In this document: in pieces, positions 1 through 12,365 of the stretch
How positions within the stretch are numbered: the first letter of the stretch is position 1
Layout of the letters: each line of letters opens with the position of its first letter
Assembly: GCA_973895155.1 (NCBI GenBank)
Contig: OZ316898.1
Location: 15,592,330-15,656,329 of the forward strand
Reading direction: 5' to 3'
Origin: Marsupella aquatica
Lineage: Eukaryota > Plantae > Marchantiophyta
Length of the DNA: 64,000 bases
Notes under the pieces: model-generated
The model's database searches: none
Told to the model about the DNA's origin: nothing
The model's input: the letters and a program-made list of their open reading frames with translations, nothing else
Position numbers and translations under genes: made by a program

Positions 1-258
1 CATTTCGGAGACACTCAATTGAAGGCATTCCTGAAGGAAAGCAGAGTGAACATGGTGCCGTATGGGATAGGTTGCGGAATGCAAAGTCATTTATCGAGGC
101 ATATCATATTTCTAGAGAAATTGATTCTTGGTGGAGGGCAGGGAATTGTTATCCTGGTAAATTACAAATGTTGCAAGGTTGGATTTCATGGTGGGTTGTC
201 CGCTAGCGCCAATGGGGAAACTTTATTTGATTGGTAAGTATTCTAAACAATCGTTGGT

Positions 259-399
259 CAGCGCCTGGCACTACTCATACATGTTCAAAGTGATTACATA
301 TGCTATTGTTTCTATGTGGTTAGTGGCTAGCGCTTGGCGCTACTCATACAGGTTCAAAGTGATTACATCTGCTATTATTTCTATGTGTTCATTGGCTAG
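259..399. repeat. 69-bp tandem repeat in transposase intron, one palindrome per unit
   Basis: Units start at 259, 328 and 397. The third is cut by the LTR-A1 insertion and resumes at 4415. Confidence 0.8.
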
Positions 400-3300
400 T
401 GTGAGTATTGGGTAATACCGAAAACCTGAAATTACTGAAAAATTTAAACTTTTTACAGTGTTTAAGCCTGTTGTTGCTGTTAAAATGCCAAGTGTAAACT
501 ATGGGTATACTTTATAACGGGATTACGCATTTACGCGTATAAGCATTATGGGTTTACGGGTTTACGGGTTTATGGGTTTATGCGTTTACGCCGATACAGG
601 ATTACGGCTTACGCCTTACGCGTTTAAGGAAAGTGTACGTTACGGCGCTACGGCTAACTTTGCAACGGGACTTAGAAACGGATTGGGGACTTCATACCTT
701 GATAGGAATCAAGTAGAGAGTTCAGGCGCTCACTCCTGTATTTTCACCACCCCTATTCACTTGCTCTTTCTCTTCAAAAGCAACCTTTGCAGCACGCAAA
801 TCACCATCGCAGCTATGGCGAACCTGGGTGCTAGGAACAGTATCAAATTGAAGCTCTAGCAGTCTCAAAAGTAGTGGCAGCTCGTATACCACGAGCACCT
901 GATAGTCTTTCTAATCTACAAGACTCTTTACAACACTTAGGATTGGAGCGCTTGCTCAGGATCCCCTGGAATGTCAAGCTCGACTCCTACTTGCAGGATT
1001 TTGTGAAGGGGACTATCATCCCGATCGAATTCAGGTGAACGATTCAAGCTCACCCCAGCCTGTGGACTGTTGAGCAAATTGCTTACGCCTTTGGATGCCC
1101 GTCAGAAGGAGAGGCATTATATTCCAAGAAGCATGACTTATCTACTCCATACTTCTGAGGAACTCGAAATGCCAAGAATGGTTGGAACTTGTCCCAGTGT
1201 AGTTATCCTGAATTGAGAGTGCTCATGGAATTCCTGGTACCCATTCTTCATCCGAAAAAGCCAACTCTCTGTCCTGTGGCCTTGGCTAACACCATTGTAG
1301 CTGCTCACAGTGGAGCTATAAAAGTAAATTGGGCCCTACTTCTGTTTAATGTAATGAAGGATCAAGTAAGGAGCTTGGAAGCAGGGAGGACCACTTGCTT
1401 ATAGAATTATCTCTCTCAGCTCTATTATACCCATGACTGTTTATATCTGGAGGAAGAGACAGAGAGGGGGTTACTCCTGATTGACTTGGGTATTGAAGAA
1501 GAAATTCCTATGGAGGACATTGTACATGTCACCCCATTGAATTCGAATGATCAGAACATTGCAGAGAATGCTGATGTTCCTATGCAGGATGCTTCATTAG
1601 AAGTTCCTACACATTCTCCTATGCATAGTAGGGAAGTTGTTTGCCAATCAATAAGTAATGAGAATTTCCCTAGCCGGACTATGGATGCAGATCCACTAGA
1701 AGCTGAAGAAGTAAGGAGCATTCATCAACAAGACGATGTTGCTACACCAACTGATGCTACTCCCCATGAGACCACCAGGTCCACTCCTTCGAAGGCAGAG
1801 TCGAATCAGCAGCTTATTGATAAGTTGACATCTCTCCTCAGTTGCAGTGATGATGGACTATATGATGCTGTTAATAATTTGAGAATGGAGGCTGTTAGTT
1901 TGAGATCACCATTTCATGACCAGCTAAGTCCTGTCAGAATGACCTCTTCCCCAAGAGAACCAGCACCAATGGAGTTTGTGATCTGTACTCCTGTCACTAT
2001 ACAGCCCCCTCCCCTAGAAACAAGTGAACCTATTCCAGTGACAGAAAGTATCAGTTGTGTAGCCATTGTGGATGACTTGTTAGAAATACTACAGTGTGAA
2101 CCTTGACAGACAGCATCTGTGGTCCGCAACTTGATCCAACAATGTCCAACTGCTAGTCCTACTCCTAGCCCAGGTTCGCAACCTTACAGCCCTGATTCCA
2201 ACTACGAACCCACAGAAGGACCCACCTACAATCGGTCACAATATGAGCACTCTTACGACAGAGAAGATCTACCTGAAGACTCTGATCCACCCTCAGATGG
2301 TGAAACTTATAGATCTTATGATAATTCTCTTGAGTCATCCCCAAGGCAGGGATTTGAAGATGTTGATACTGCCTTAAGATCCAATCCAAACTTAGTAGCA
2401 GTTGTCACCTCATCTACTCAGACACCTCGGAATGCCACCATCGAGAGTAGATACCCGAGACATCCAGAGTCCCAAGTGCACAGGTATGTGGAGACCTGTA
2501 AGATAATGCAAGCCAACAGACCACCGGTTGGAGAGTTCTGGAAATACTACTATCTCAAGAAGACAGAAGCCAGTTATATCTTCGACCTCAGGTGTTTTGG
2601 AACTTCCAGACTGGAGATGGCACAATTCAATGAGTTCTGGACTAACTCTCTATTTCCGATCCATTCTTGTTGTGATGCTACTTCAGGGTGATGTAGAGGT
2701 GGAGGATCCAGATTTAGTTCTGGCATATTTTGGAAATTTGGCAGCTTATGCCCTAGATTTTGTGGTTTCTTTTCTCATGCAGAGTAAGAAATCTACTTCT
2801 CCCCAGAACGCTTACCTTCCTTGAGAGCCCAAGGTTACCCTTGTTTCAACCAGCTCATTTGCTGAGAAACAGAGGATCTGGAACAATGTCACCTCTCAAA
2901 CTCTGACTAACTTCAACCGGTATTTCAGAGATGTCAAATGGAGGCTTCACCCTTTCTATTCCAGGATGCTGAACTCTGATGACTTCCTATATCATTATCC
3001 CCAAGTATATGCTGCTACTTGCAATAATTATGACGTGATTGGGATATATAGAGAAGCTCTTCGAATAGACATATGCTATCTAAGGAGAAGAATGCCCCTG
3101 ATGTATCCTGAAAGGCAATTGAGATGCCTACCCTACTCTCGAGGATCCCCACGCCAGGCTGAGCTGATGGAAGTTACTCAAGTTCGGACTGTTACCCTCG
3201 TGGAGCTACTCGAACCAGAAGACATCCGACAACAAGCTTGAGGAGTAGTCTAAGTCTTTTTAGTTAGTTTTAAGAATAGTGCATCTTTTCCTATTTTTCA

Positions 3301-4414
3301 AAATGTGTTATAGAGCTTTAAAAACTATGAGACTTCTTTAGTATATAGTCTATACCTAGGAAAACCTGTTGGCAAAATTTCAGAATTTTCTGAGCCAGGA
3401 GTAGAAAGTTAAAAATAGTTGAATTTGCTAAGTTTTTAAGTGTACCGGAATACGCTTTTACGCTTTTACGCTTTTATGCTTTTAAGGGTTTATGGGTTCT
3501 TACTTAGCCATTTTCCGGCTTTTCACTTACTGAATTGCTATTTTGACTTTTTGAGGAGTATGAAGAGGCATGTCTCTTCGACCCTATGACCTCTTACCCT
3601 GTAGGTTTTTACTATAAGACCCCTCCACCACTAGTGTAGTTTATGGTTAAGTTATGCATTTTTGCCCTTTCCTTGTGTTAAACTAGTTGATCATGAATCT
3701 ATGAGTTCGAGATCAGGTTTAACATTTGGAGAGACTTACCTCCTTCTTGTGTTTTTACCTATAATTATAAACACAAGAAGTAAAATTCCTTTTGTGCAAA
3801 TCTTTGGAGTTGTAATGACAGATTCCTCTTTGGTGACTCATTACAATTTCCTGAGTTCTTGAAGTTAACTCACTGAGTTTAAGTCTTATTTGAAATTGAT
3901 GGATTTTCTTTCGTGTTGCTTAGTACCATCTAAATGTTGAAGTAGCTACCTTTTAGATCTTATTTGAGTACCACTTAGAAAGAAAGGATAAGACGTGTTG
4001 ACGACACTTTAAAAGAGTACTCTAGTAAGCATTTTAGATCTGAAAAGCAAATGTGGATTTGAATCCTTAAGTCTTTTCATTTTGACTTATGTCTAAGGAG
4101 TAACCTTGGAAAATTCCAGACTCCCTTAGCGTACTTTGAGATTATTTTCTCTTGTGTTTTGTTAATCATTTCCTTTTCATTAATTTATGGTTACCTGATG
4201 CTGAGTTATCATTGAAAACTACTCACCGCTGTGGAGCGATCTTCAAAATACCTTATTGAAGTAATCAAACTTGATTACTATGTGTGGAAAACATTTTTTT
4301 AGTTCTTTATTATTGTTTAAATCTATCAAACCAACCCCATCTTGTTCTTTACAGGAACGAATACCGAGTTTGAAGACCTTTAAGTGTGTTTTTGGTTCTT
4401 CATAGCAAACTACA
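400..4414 (+). mobile_element. LTR-A1: 4.0-kb TGT...ACA element (probable giant solo LTR) with decayed ORFs
   Basis: Perfect 5-bp TSD GCTAG (395-399 / 4415-4419). Colinear second copy at 42857-46719. No gag/pol, no internal LTR pair. Confidence 0.85.
816..3241 (+). pseudogene. Decayed ORF inside LTR-A1: PMD-like N-terminal domain plus acidic/Pro-rich region
   Basis: Readthrough gives LGLERLLRIPWN...WTVEQIAYAFGCP...KNGW...C.YPELRVLMEFLVPIL, resembling the LTR-B ORF. Many stops. Same ORF pieces in LTR-A2 (43309-45493). Confidence 0.55.
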
Positions 4415-6467
4415 GCTAGCGCCTGGCGCTATTCAACTCCTAAATCTAACCTTGTCGGGTGAATTCTGTAGAGCAAGAGTGCAAAAGAAGCGGCAATGAT
4501 TCCAAATTGTGGTGGATCCGAGTCGTCTCACGCGTCGATGATTGCCTGGCAAATGAAGAAGAAGGTTGGAGTCTTTGAAGGGTGTGAAACCGACCATAAC
4601 AGAGCGATCTCTCAAATTGCAGCCTATACGGCTTACAAGAGAGGATTGAACAGAGGGAATGGTCCAACTGTGTTTGAGCTGGTTTTTCGCTCTACAGATC
4701 TAGCGGGTTCCCCGCGGTTATTTGAAGAAGGTTCGAACCTTTTCCTTTCCAATGCGGCTGAATTCAATTTGGAAAGGAATTCCCCTTTGAACGGGGATGT
4801 ACATACCCGGTCAGTAAAGAGGAAGGGACATGCTACTGGAAATATCTCTGCGCAGGACTCCGACAGGCATGACACTATCCTCATTACGACCCCAAACACG
4901 CAAGGTTTGAAGCAAAGACATCTCAATAGAACGGAATTCTCTGCGATTCCCTCTGAACCAGGTCCCCAAGAGAGTGTAGTCGTCAATATTTCAGAGAGCG
5001 ATGTTTCAGCTAGTCTTGAAGAGCGGACACCTCCTCCTCCGATGGAGACGAGGTCATCTGCAACTCCAGTCACGCCCCCAGTACATGTTATTGAAGAAGT
5101 AACCCCATCCGTGTTGGAGTCCAATGTTCCTTCTGGAGCATGGCATATTAGGAGAACTTCAAAGCATGGTGCTGGCCCAGTGTGCAATGGATCCCTTGGC
5201 GGACATGGAGATCGTGACAAATGTAGAAATCAATTGAAGAAAGTAGGCTACCGGACGTCAAACGGAGTCGTTGGTATCGCAATTTGAGCAACGCAAATTT
5301 TCAGAGGGGAACCACATCCAGAACTGATCTGGTTCTGTTCGAATAATGTTTGTTACAGAAGTCGTCCTCAAAAAGGTGTTGTGAATGTTCCACCTCCTTG
5401 TGATCACTTGCCCGTTGCATTGACTACAAATCTTTCTACTGCGGAGGTAGAGTTTCTGAAGGACAACGGAATATCGATCGAAGGTGAAGGTGATCGTGTA
5501 AGAAATGCACCAAGTGGACTAGATCTTTGAATCAATGTCAATGTTTTCCCGGAAAGGATCAATCTACTTCAGTCGACTATTCGCTATTTATCTCAAAATG
5601 GGAGGACATGCCTATAGAGAGTGCATCTAACTAAATCGCACTATAAGAAGATTGAGGCAGTTGAGAAAGAAGAAATGAAAATAATCTGTTCCAGGGATGT
5701 TGCGACAGGAAATGGATGGGGCAAACAATTTTGCATCCAAACACACATTGGTCACCACTCTGTCATTGCCTATTGGGTTCAGATTTGCTGCTTCCCTTGC
5801 TGTTCTTGCAAAGATTTCTATCGTCGTCATGCCCACCGCAAACCCTTCTTGCCTTGCAAACATCTGTATTGGATTTATAAGAATGTTTTCAAACTGGACC
5901 TTCGAGAATCAACGTTGTCGAGTCAGCCTATACTCACCGTTGGAGAAATACGTCTCTTGTTGGAACGACAAAGTTTAGGGTAGTATTTAAAGAGGTGTCT
6001 ATTATGTAGTTAACATTTAATTGGTCAGTACTTTGTCGTTTTCCAACGGCATTATCATAGACAGAAGCTTATTGAGAATGAGTGTATTAGACAATGTTTG
6101 GTTTCGTAAAATAGGGTTGGATCATTGCTAGCGCCTGGCGCTAGTATTATTTACATATTTTGCTCTAAATCTGCCTTTTGAGGTTAGGGAAGTGCCCCGT
6201 TTTTTATAAAAATTGATTTTGAACACTCTTTTAAGTGGTTGGAGAGACTTGGCACTCCACTTTTCATGGAATTTTTGAATGTTTTTTTATTGGTGTTGCT
6301 CACAACAGTACGGATGATGACAATTCCTTGAATGTTTTTCCTGATGTGAGTAAAAACATTGTTGATAACAGTAAAACTTTCCTGATATGAGGAAAGTTTT
6401 TGCTCGTATCAGTAAAAAAATCTCCTATTTCCTGGCATGGTGTAAAGCCTCTTTTAAATGAGTAGAT

Positions 6468-6588
6468 TGTTACAAGGAGCACACCATAGCCAACAAGTTA
6501 CTCCAACCTCTGACATTTACTAATGATATCAATCTTAGATACACATGTGAGGTTATAGGAAGGTGGTTGTATAGCCGCTCCTTAACCT
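6468..6588 (-). repeat. Copia 3' LTR, left fragment
   Basis: Near-identical to 41276-41369 (TGTTACAAGGAGCACACCATAGCC...CCGCTCCTTAACCT). Confidence 0.9.
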
Positions 6589-7261
6589 GGGTATAGCCAC
6601 CGAGACAGGAAACAGGAAAACAAGAATTCTGGTAGCAGAATTTTTTTTGCTGTTATCAAGAATATGTTGTTGTTACCAGGAAAAGTTAGTCATTGGAATA
6701 GGATAATACTTCATTACTTCAAGCCAGATACATCTGAAAAAAAGCAATATGCATTGCGCTTCATTTACATTCTAGAGCTTAGAACCAACTAACACGGCAA
6801 CAATTGTTGTCTGATGATAAGTGAGTCCGGAATCACCAACATACTTCTGGAAAATAGTGTCCCAAAAACCACAGACACACAAACATTTACCAGTGAATGC
6901 CATGGGAAAAAACATTGACATGGTAGGTCCCATCATAAGTAACATAATATTATAGGTCGACAATAAGGCAAAAAACCACGAATGAAACTTCGGACAATTT
7001 GAAAGACCACCAACGATGGGCTAGCGCCTGGCGCTAGCTAAAATGGAAACAAGCAACACATTTAGAAAATGACATTGGATGAATGCAGAATGTGGAAAAC
7101 AAAAATTTTAAAATATCATTTCCAGTGATAGGATTACAATGAAGTAAATGATAATAAGGAAGACTTCCATCCCAGCGCCAGGCACTAACATAAAACTATA
7201 CCGTTGTAATACGACACAAACTAATATAACCGTTTTGAGTATAGGACAAATATATCCTTCT

Positions 7262-8441
7262 TTATAAACCATGAGCATTCTCCCTCTCCAAGATCAGGCG
7301 GACTTCTCCAACTGTGAGAATTGGTTGGCTGGTCAAAGTAGATTCCTCAACGTCTAGTTTGAAAACGGTATGGAAAACCCAATACAAATGTTTGCAAGGC
7401 ATATATGGCTGTCTGTGAGAATATCGAGGATATAAATCCTCACAAGAACAAGTCGGGAAAATACAAATCTTCACAAAGTAACTATTTGGCGTCCTTAGAT
7501 TCTCATGTGTTTGTACTTTGAATTGCTTCCCCCATGAGTTCCCAATAGAAACATCCCACTGTCCCTGGACAGACATGGTCTCTTTTCTTGCAGATTCAAT
7601 CCTCTTCATGTGACCATGGGCTTGGTCAATCGAGGAACCGTGTTCTTTCCATTCTGACTCCGGAGACAAACAATGTGTTCCAGAAGATTGACTCTCTCTG
7701 GAAATAAGTTTATGTTGATTTGAAGCTCGAAAAGTGATGGTGAAGGTAGAGGACCGACTCTTCCTCGGGCTATAGGTACTCCCTGGTCAACAAGATACTT
7801 CATCTTAGCTTCCGAAACATTTGTTCCTTTTATAACAGGAAGAACATCAGGAAAGGAGGGCAGGTTCACTACACCACGGCGGGGACAGCTCCGATAACAT
7901 GTGTTGTTTGAGCAGAACCATATCATTTCAGCTATGGCTTCCCTTGAACATGCGCTGTCCTTTGACAACAATGCCGATGACACCGTTTGATGAGGGGAAC
8001 CCAACTTTCTTCACTCTATTTCGACACTCATCTCTCTCGAAACTACCGCCAAATGACGCGTTGCACTTTGGACCGGCCCCAAATTTTGATGTCCGACGTA
8101 GATGCCATGAACCCTACATGACTTTTGTTTCAAGAATTGGAGATTGGAGCAATGTCTGCTAAAGTATAGTGGGAGCATTTTGTGGGTATTATGTTGAACG
8201 TGATTGATGTCGACCCTGCGGTGTCCTGAAATCATTACATTTTGCATCCCTCGAATCATCACTTCCTGAGAGATTGACAACGGAAATGTCATCAAGTTTT
8301 TCTTCCGATACGGAAGCAAACATTGTGTGGTGCAGATTTTTACGCTTGAGTGATCTAGTATTCGGCGATGTGATAAGGACTTTATCATGTCGGTGGGAGT
8401 CTTGTGGCGAGACAATCCCAGTTGCAGGTCCTTTCCTCTTC
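7262..8441 (-). pseudogene. Mutator-like transposase C-terminal part with SWIM (copy 2)
   Basis: CSCEDLYPRYSHRQPYMPCKHLYW, close homolog of 19860-21055. Frameshifted and truncated at 8441. Confidence 0.85.
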
Positions 8442-9366
8442 CTAGGGAAATTTTTTAACTTTATAAATTGGGGGCAAAAAGCCCCACGGCAAGGGCAGGC
8501 AATCAGCCAAAGAGAGCATAAGCAACGGCAGGCAGACAACATCCATAACAATCACAGGGCCAAACACGTCTCATCGACCCTCAGGGCCGCACCCTTGGGG
8601 TCAGCCACAATGTCCAAGGAGGCCACTCCCAGACCAGCAGAACAAAAATACAACAGAGACCGACATATCAGAAATACAGTAGAGACCAAAGGGTTGACAA
8701 CTAATCTTTAATGGCTAGAGAGGCGGCCACAGCCCCGCCTGAGCCAATCCCTACGTTGAACATCAAGCCATGCTTTGGCATTAAGGAGGCAAGAGAGTTT
8801 CCTGCCAGGAGGAGATGTGGTGCGTCCCATGGCTCCCTAAACCCTAGAAACCCCCCTTCACAAGCCGATTCCCGCGAGTTTCGCGCTTGGCGAGGCCGTT
8901 TCCGCGGCTTAGTGGCATGGGACGCTGCTATCCTCCTTCTACTACTACTATTAACATTTTACACACATATACTGGACAGATCCTTCATCGGGTCATGAGA
9001 TACGTAGCCGGCCTAATCTAGGCCTTCCCTTGTCTTCCCCTCCGTCTTGTTAGGTATATTTGGATTCTGCCACCGGAATGATCCCCAATAGGCTTGGTTA
9101 AGCCGCTAAGACCTCTCTCAGCTCGACACATCCAACTCTCACTTCCTTGCTTACTTTCCTTCCTCTATTAGTTGATGTGGGCACTCTTCACACAAGTTAA
9201 TGCGACACACAAATAGCAAAATGACTCCTTCTGACTGAGTCATACCATGCACTTGCCATACAAACAGTACATCTCATACACAAGCTTTGCGGACTAAGCC
9301 GTGAGGCCAACTCTATTCAGCTCTTAGGCATGAGGAAACATGAATATACACAAGGGTCACTGTATG

Positions 9367-11734
9367 TGTGACGCCGGTGACATGGTCCTTATTCAATAAT
9401 ACGATGGAATTGGTATGCTATGCACAGTAAGTAACTGTGAGACTGTAGAACGATCAGCGAGATGACAAGAATAAGGGCAATCATATGTCGCGGGTGGTCG
9501 GCGACCGTATCTCTTTCAATGTGTCACCAAATCCGTATCTATAAAGAGCATTGGAAAGATCTGGTCAATGCGAGTAAAATCGATATAAAACACTCGAGAA
9601 ACAGAGGTGTATTAAGAAAGATACGGCCTGGTTAGTGTGTCGGGTTAACTTGTGACCGGAATTAGCGGGTTTGGCTTCGGTTTCGGGTTAACCTAAGCTT
9701 GGCCACGGCTTAGCTTAGGTCAGCCCGGCTTCAGCTTAGGCTTAGCCCAAGTTTGGGTTAGCCTGACCTCGGGCCCGGGTTAGCATAGGTCAGCTCGGGT
9801 TTGGGCTCATACTAGCGGCTAGCAGACTAGCAGACAAGCGGCTAGCAGACTAGCAGACTAGCGGATAGCAGACTAGCGGACTAGCATACTAGCGGACTAG
9901 CGGCTAGCAGACTAGTAGACTAGCGATAGCAGACTAGCAGACTAGCGGATAGCAGACTAGTGGCTAGCAGACTAGCGGACTAGAGGGTAGCAGATTAGCC
10001 AGAGGCCACGGGTTAGCTCTACTCGGGCTAGATAGATAGCTTGGTTAGCCAAACTCGGGTTAGCTATGTAACTCGGGTTAGCGTAACAGTGCGTACCCCC
10101 TCTCGGTTGCAGGGGCATAACTTTCTCTGTATTTGCCCAAATCGGCTATAATTGACCTCATTGGAAAGAGGAGCTCAAGCCGCTTCCAACTCTGCTACCC
10201 TCGCAGCAAATGGTTGAATAGAGAAATCGGGAGAGGAGGCGCAAGCTCTCAAAAACCATGGAGGAGGGCCAAATCCGAAGTACATAGTCAGTTTGAGATA
10301 GAAATAAAGTTGCGAGTTAGGGTTTAGTAGTTAGATATAGTGGCGGCTCTGTTAGGGCTAGGATGGGGTGCCAACAACGTAGCATCCACCCATTTGGGCT
10401 TAGTGTGAGAGTATATAGGGCAGCCCCCCGGTAGAGGCAGGGGGGACTTCAGTTGTGTGATCTCACGTAGACTGAGCATCAGGGAGGAGCTCTGTGCAAG
10501 CAAGGCTGGACTTGGACGTCGTGTGTTGGGGAGAGCTGGGTTGTGCTATTACTCAGGGAGTAATCAGCCAAGCTTCACAGCAACGGTTTGCCAGGTTTGC
10601 GAGCTGGATTGTGGCTCTTTCTAGTGGGCAGCACAACTGGGTTCTTTTCCCCCGATACATAGCCTTGGTGATAGGTGACGTATTGGTGATTGTAAACTGT
10701 GGGGAGGATTTTGATTGCATTTATGATGAGCACAGTAGGGAGGCTGAGACACTGATCGAGGTGCAGCAAGAGGAGCATTTACAGTTCAGTTTGGCAAGGC
10801 TACGTGATCCATGGGGAGTCCCGGCCTTTGTCTGGTAGAGAGCACTAAGGGATTTATGGCCAGAGCTGAGCTTGCAGGGCAAGCATGAGGCCGGGCCTCA
10901 TTGCAGTCTGGGGTAGATCGCCGTTAGGCCTGGTACCAGCTTTGAAGTCGAGTCAACTATGCATGCGTAATTTGACATTCTGAAATGGAGGTGTGAGATC
11001 TGTATGTGCCCCCAAGAATGAAGTGCAGTGAAGGAGGTTGAGTTCAGGATTGAGTTTGCAAGGCAAGTACGGGATTGGTTCGAGTCCAATCTGCTGTCGC
11101 AATCTGGAGTGAGCCGGGCTTAGGTTCAGGATTGAGCTTGCATGGCAAGCACGGGGCTTGCGGGGCAAGCACGTCGCAATCTGGAGTAGACAACCTTCGG
11201 GACTATTGTTCGAATCAAGTGTTCTCAGTGAACTATTGTGCACATCGTTGAATCTAATTGAGTTTTCCTCTCAGGCCTCATTTCTCTCATGGATGTGTGT
11301 GTGTGTGAGACAATCTGAGTGTATGATGGGACTAGCGGCGCCACTGAGAGGTGTACCGGGTGCATTGAAGTGGGTTGGGTGAGGGCTGTCATAACTCTGA
11401 TTGCTGGGAGTGGAATGGCAGAGTGGTGGGGCAATGGCTTAGAAGTCCCTAAGCCGGGAATCAGTCAGAGTCACTGGTTTATGGGTACATTCTGGCGGTG
11501 GAATAGAAACATACCTATGGCAGTAAGCATACGTATAGACATATGCGCACCGTAGTGCTAGGCCCTGTGTGTACGGGCCCGACATGAAGACCCCCTTCTC
11601 ACCAGAACTATCATGAGTGCAAGAGCTGATTCCCAACCTTGGTCCTTGGGGATTGAGCTTGGGTGATGTGTGACAGAGTCTTGCTATGATAGTCTGGCGT
11701 TAAGGGGATAAACCGGTGTATACCAGCCTTCACA
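9367..11734. mobile_element. 2.4-kb TGTGA...TCACA LTR-like segment (LTR-C)
   Basis: Inverted 5-bp termini, non-coding, absent from LTR-B3. No matching TSD. Confidence 0.5.
9640..10085. repeat. Short tandem arrays: GGGTTAGC-like units and ~8-bp CTAGCRGA units (~9812-10000)
   Basis: Directly visible periodicity ctagcaga/ctagcgga. Confidence 0.85.
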
Positions 11735-12040
11735 ACATCCCTCCGTGATCCTCAGGTACAAGGAGATAGTTTTGGCACCCATAGTGACATTTTTGGTGTT
11801 AAGACCCATGTCAATCGCGTGACAAGAACACAATCATTCACACAAACATGTATGACTTTATATTGAGGCCTATGGATTTCAACACCTTTTTAGCCTCTTT
11901 CCAAGAGTTTGGCAAGTTGTTTCCTTCTGGCAACACCAGATCATGCAATGAACAAAACAGATCATTGCGAAGTAGGTTGCTTGCTCCATGTCTTTGCTGC
12001 AAGTTCAACAACAACATTATTGTTGAAAGACGAGACAAAC
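11735..12040 (-). pseudogene. CACTA/En-Spm transposase (Tnp2) N-terminal fragment
   Basis: LLLNLQQRHGASN...LPEGNNLPNSWKEAKKVLKSIGL matches the typical CACTA LP..N.LP.S..EAKK motif. Confidence 0.75.
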
Positions 12041-12365
12041 TAAACTAAACTACCTAACAGTAATCTACTTGCCCGGATCTACCTATGTACAGCAAGGCAG
12101 GAGCACAAGTGTTGCTCCTACCAGTGGAACCGCAATCCCACTAAGCTAAGTGTCAGGGCCGCCTCCTGGTCCTGATCCTAATCCTAAACTTAGAGATCTG
12201 AGCCCGCCCTGCCCACTCACGCCTCCTCCCTCCACATCCGCCCTCCTTGAAAGGAGCGGCCCTCCACCACCGTCATGGCAGCGGTGTCTGTTCCTTAGTG
12301 GACGCCCCCAACGCTTCCACCTCAGCCACTGCCGTAGGTTCGTTCTATGACAGATTACCTGCCCT

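Larger units (their letters stand above)
1..5983 (+). pseudogene. Mutator-like transposase, 3' part (exon to 233; intron 234-4471 containing LTR-A1; exon 4472-5983), with SWIM finger
   Basis: GTAAG donor at 234 and AG acceptor at 4471 match the copy-3 intron. GSESSHA gives the third catalytic E. C-terminal CSCKDF...PCKHLYW is a SWIM motif. Several in-frame stops. Confidence 0.8.
1..6451 (+). mobile_element. MULE copy 1 (transposase-side arm, left part outside window)
   Basis: Homologous to 19140-21654. Carries the transposase C-terminal exon and TAGCGCCWGGCGCTA palindromes. Ends ...CCTATTTCCTGGCATGGTGTAAAGCCTC at 6451, sharing CCTRTTTCCTGGCATGGTGT with the copy-4 end at ~58742-58769. Confidence 0.75.

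Noticed and set aside
520-660. Interstitial telomere array
   Set aside because: Degenerate 8-bp units rather than TTTAGGG, and an integral part of both LTR-A copies.
8711-8998. ORFs 8711-8998, 26481-26813, 21474-22280, 37676-38239 and the start of 17272-19143 as real fusion genes
   Set aside because: Each reads across a TE insertion junction, so these are chance chimeras.
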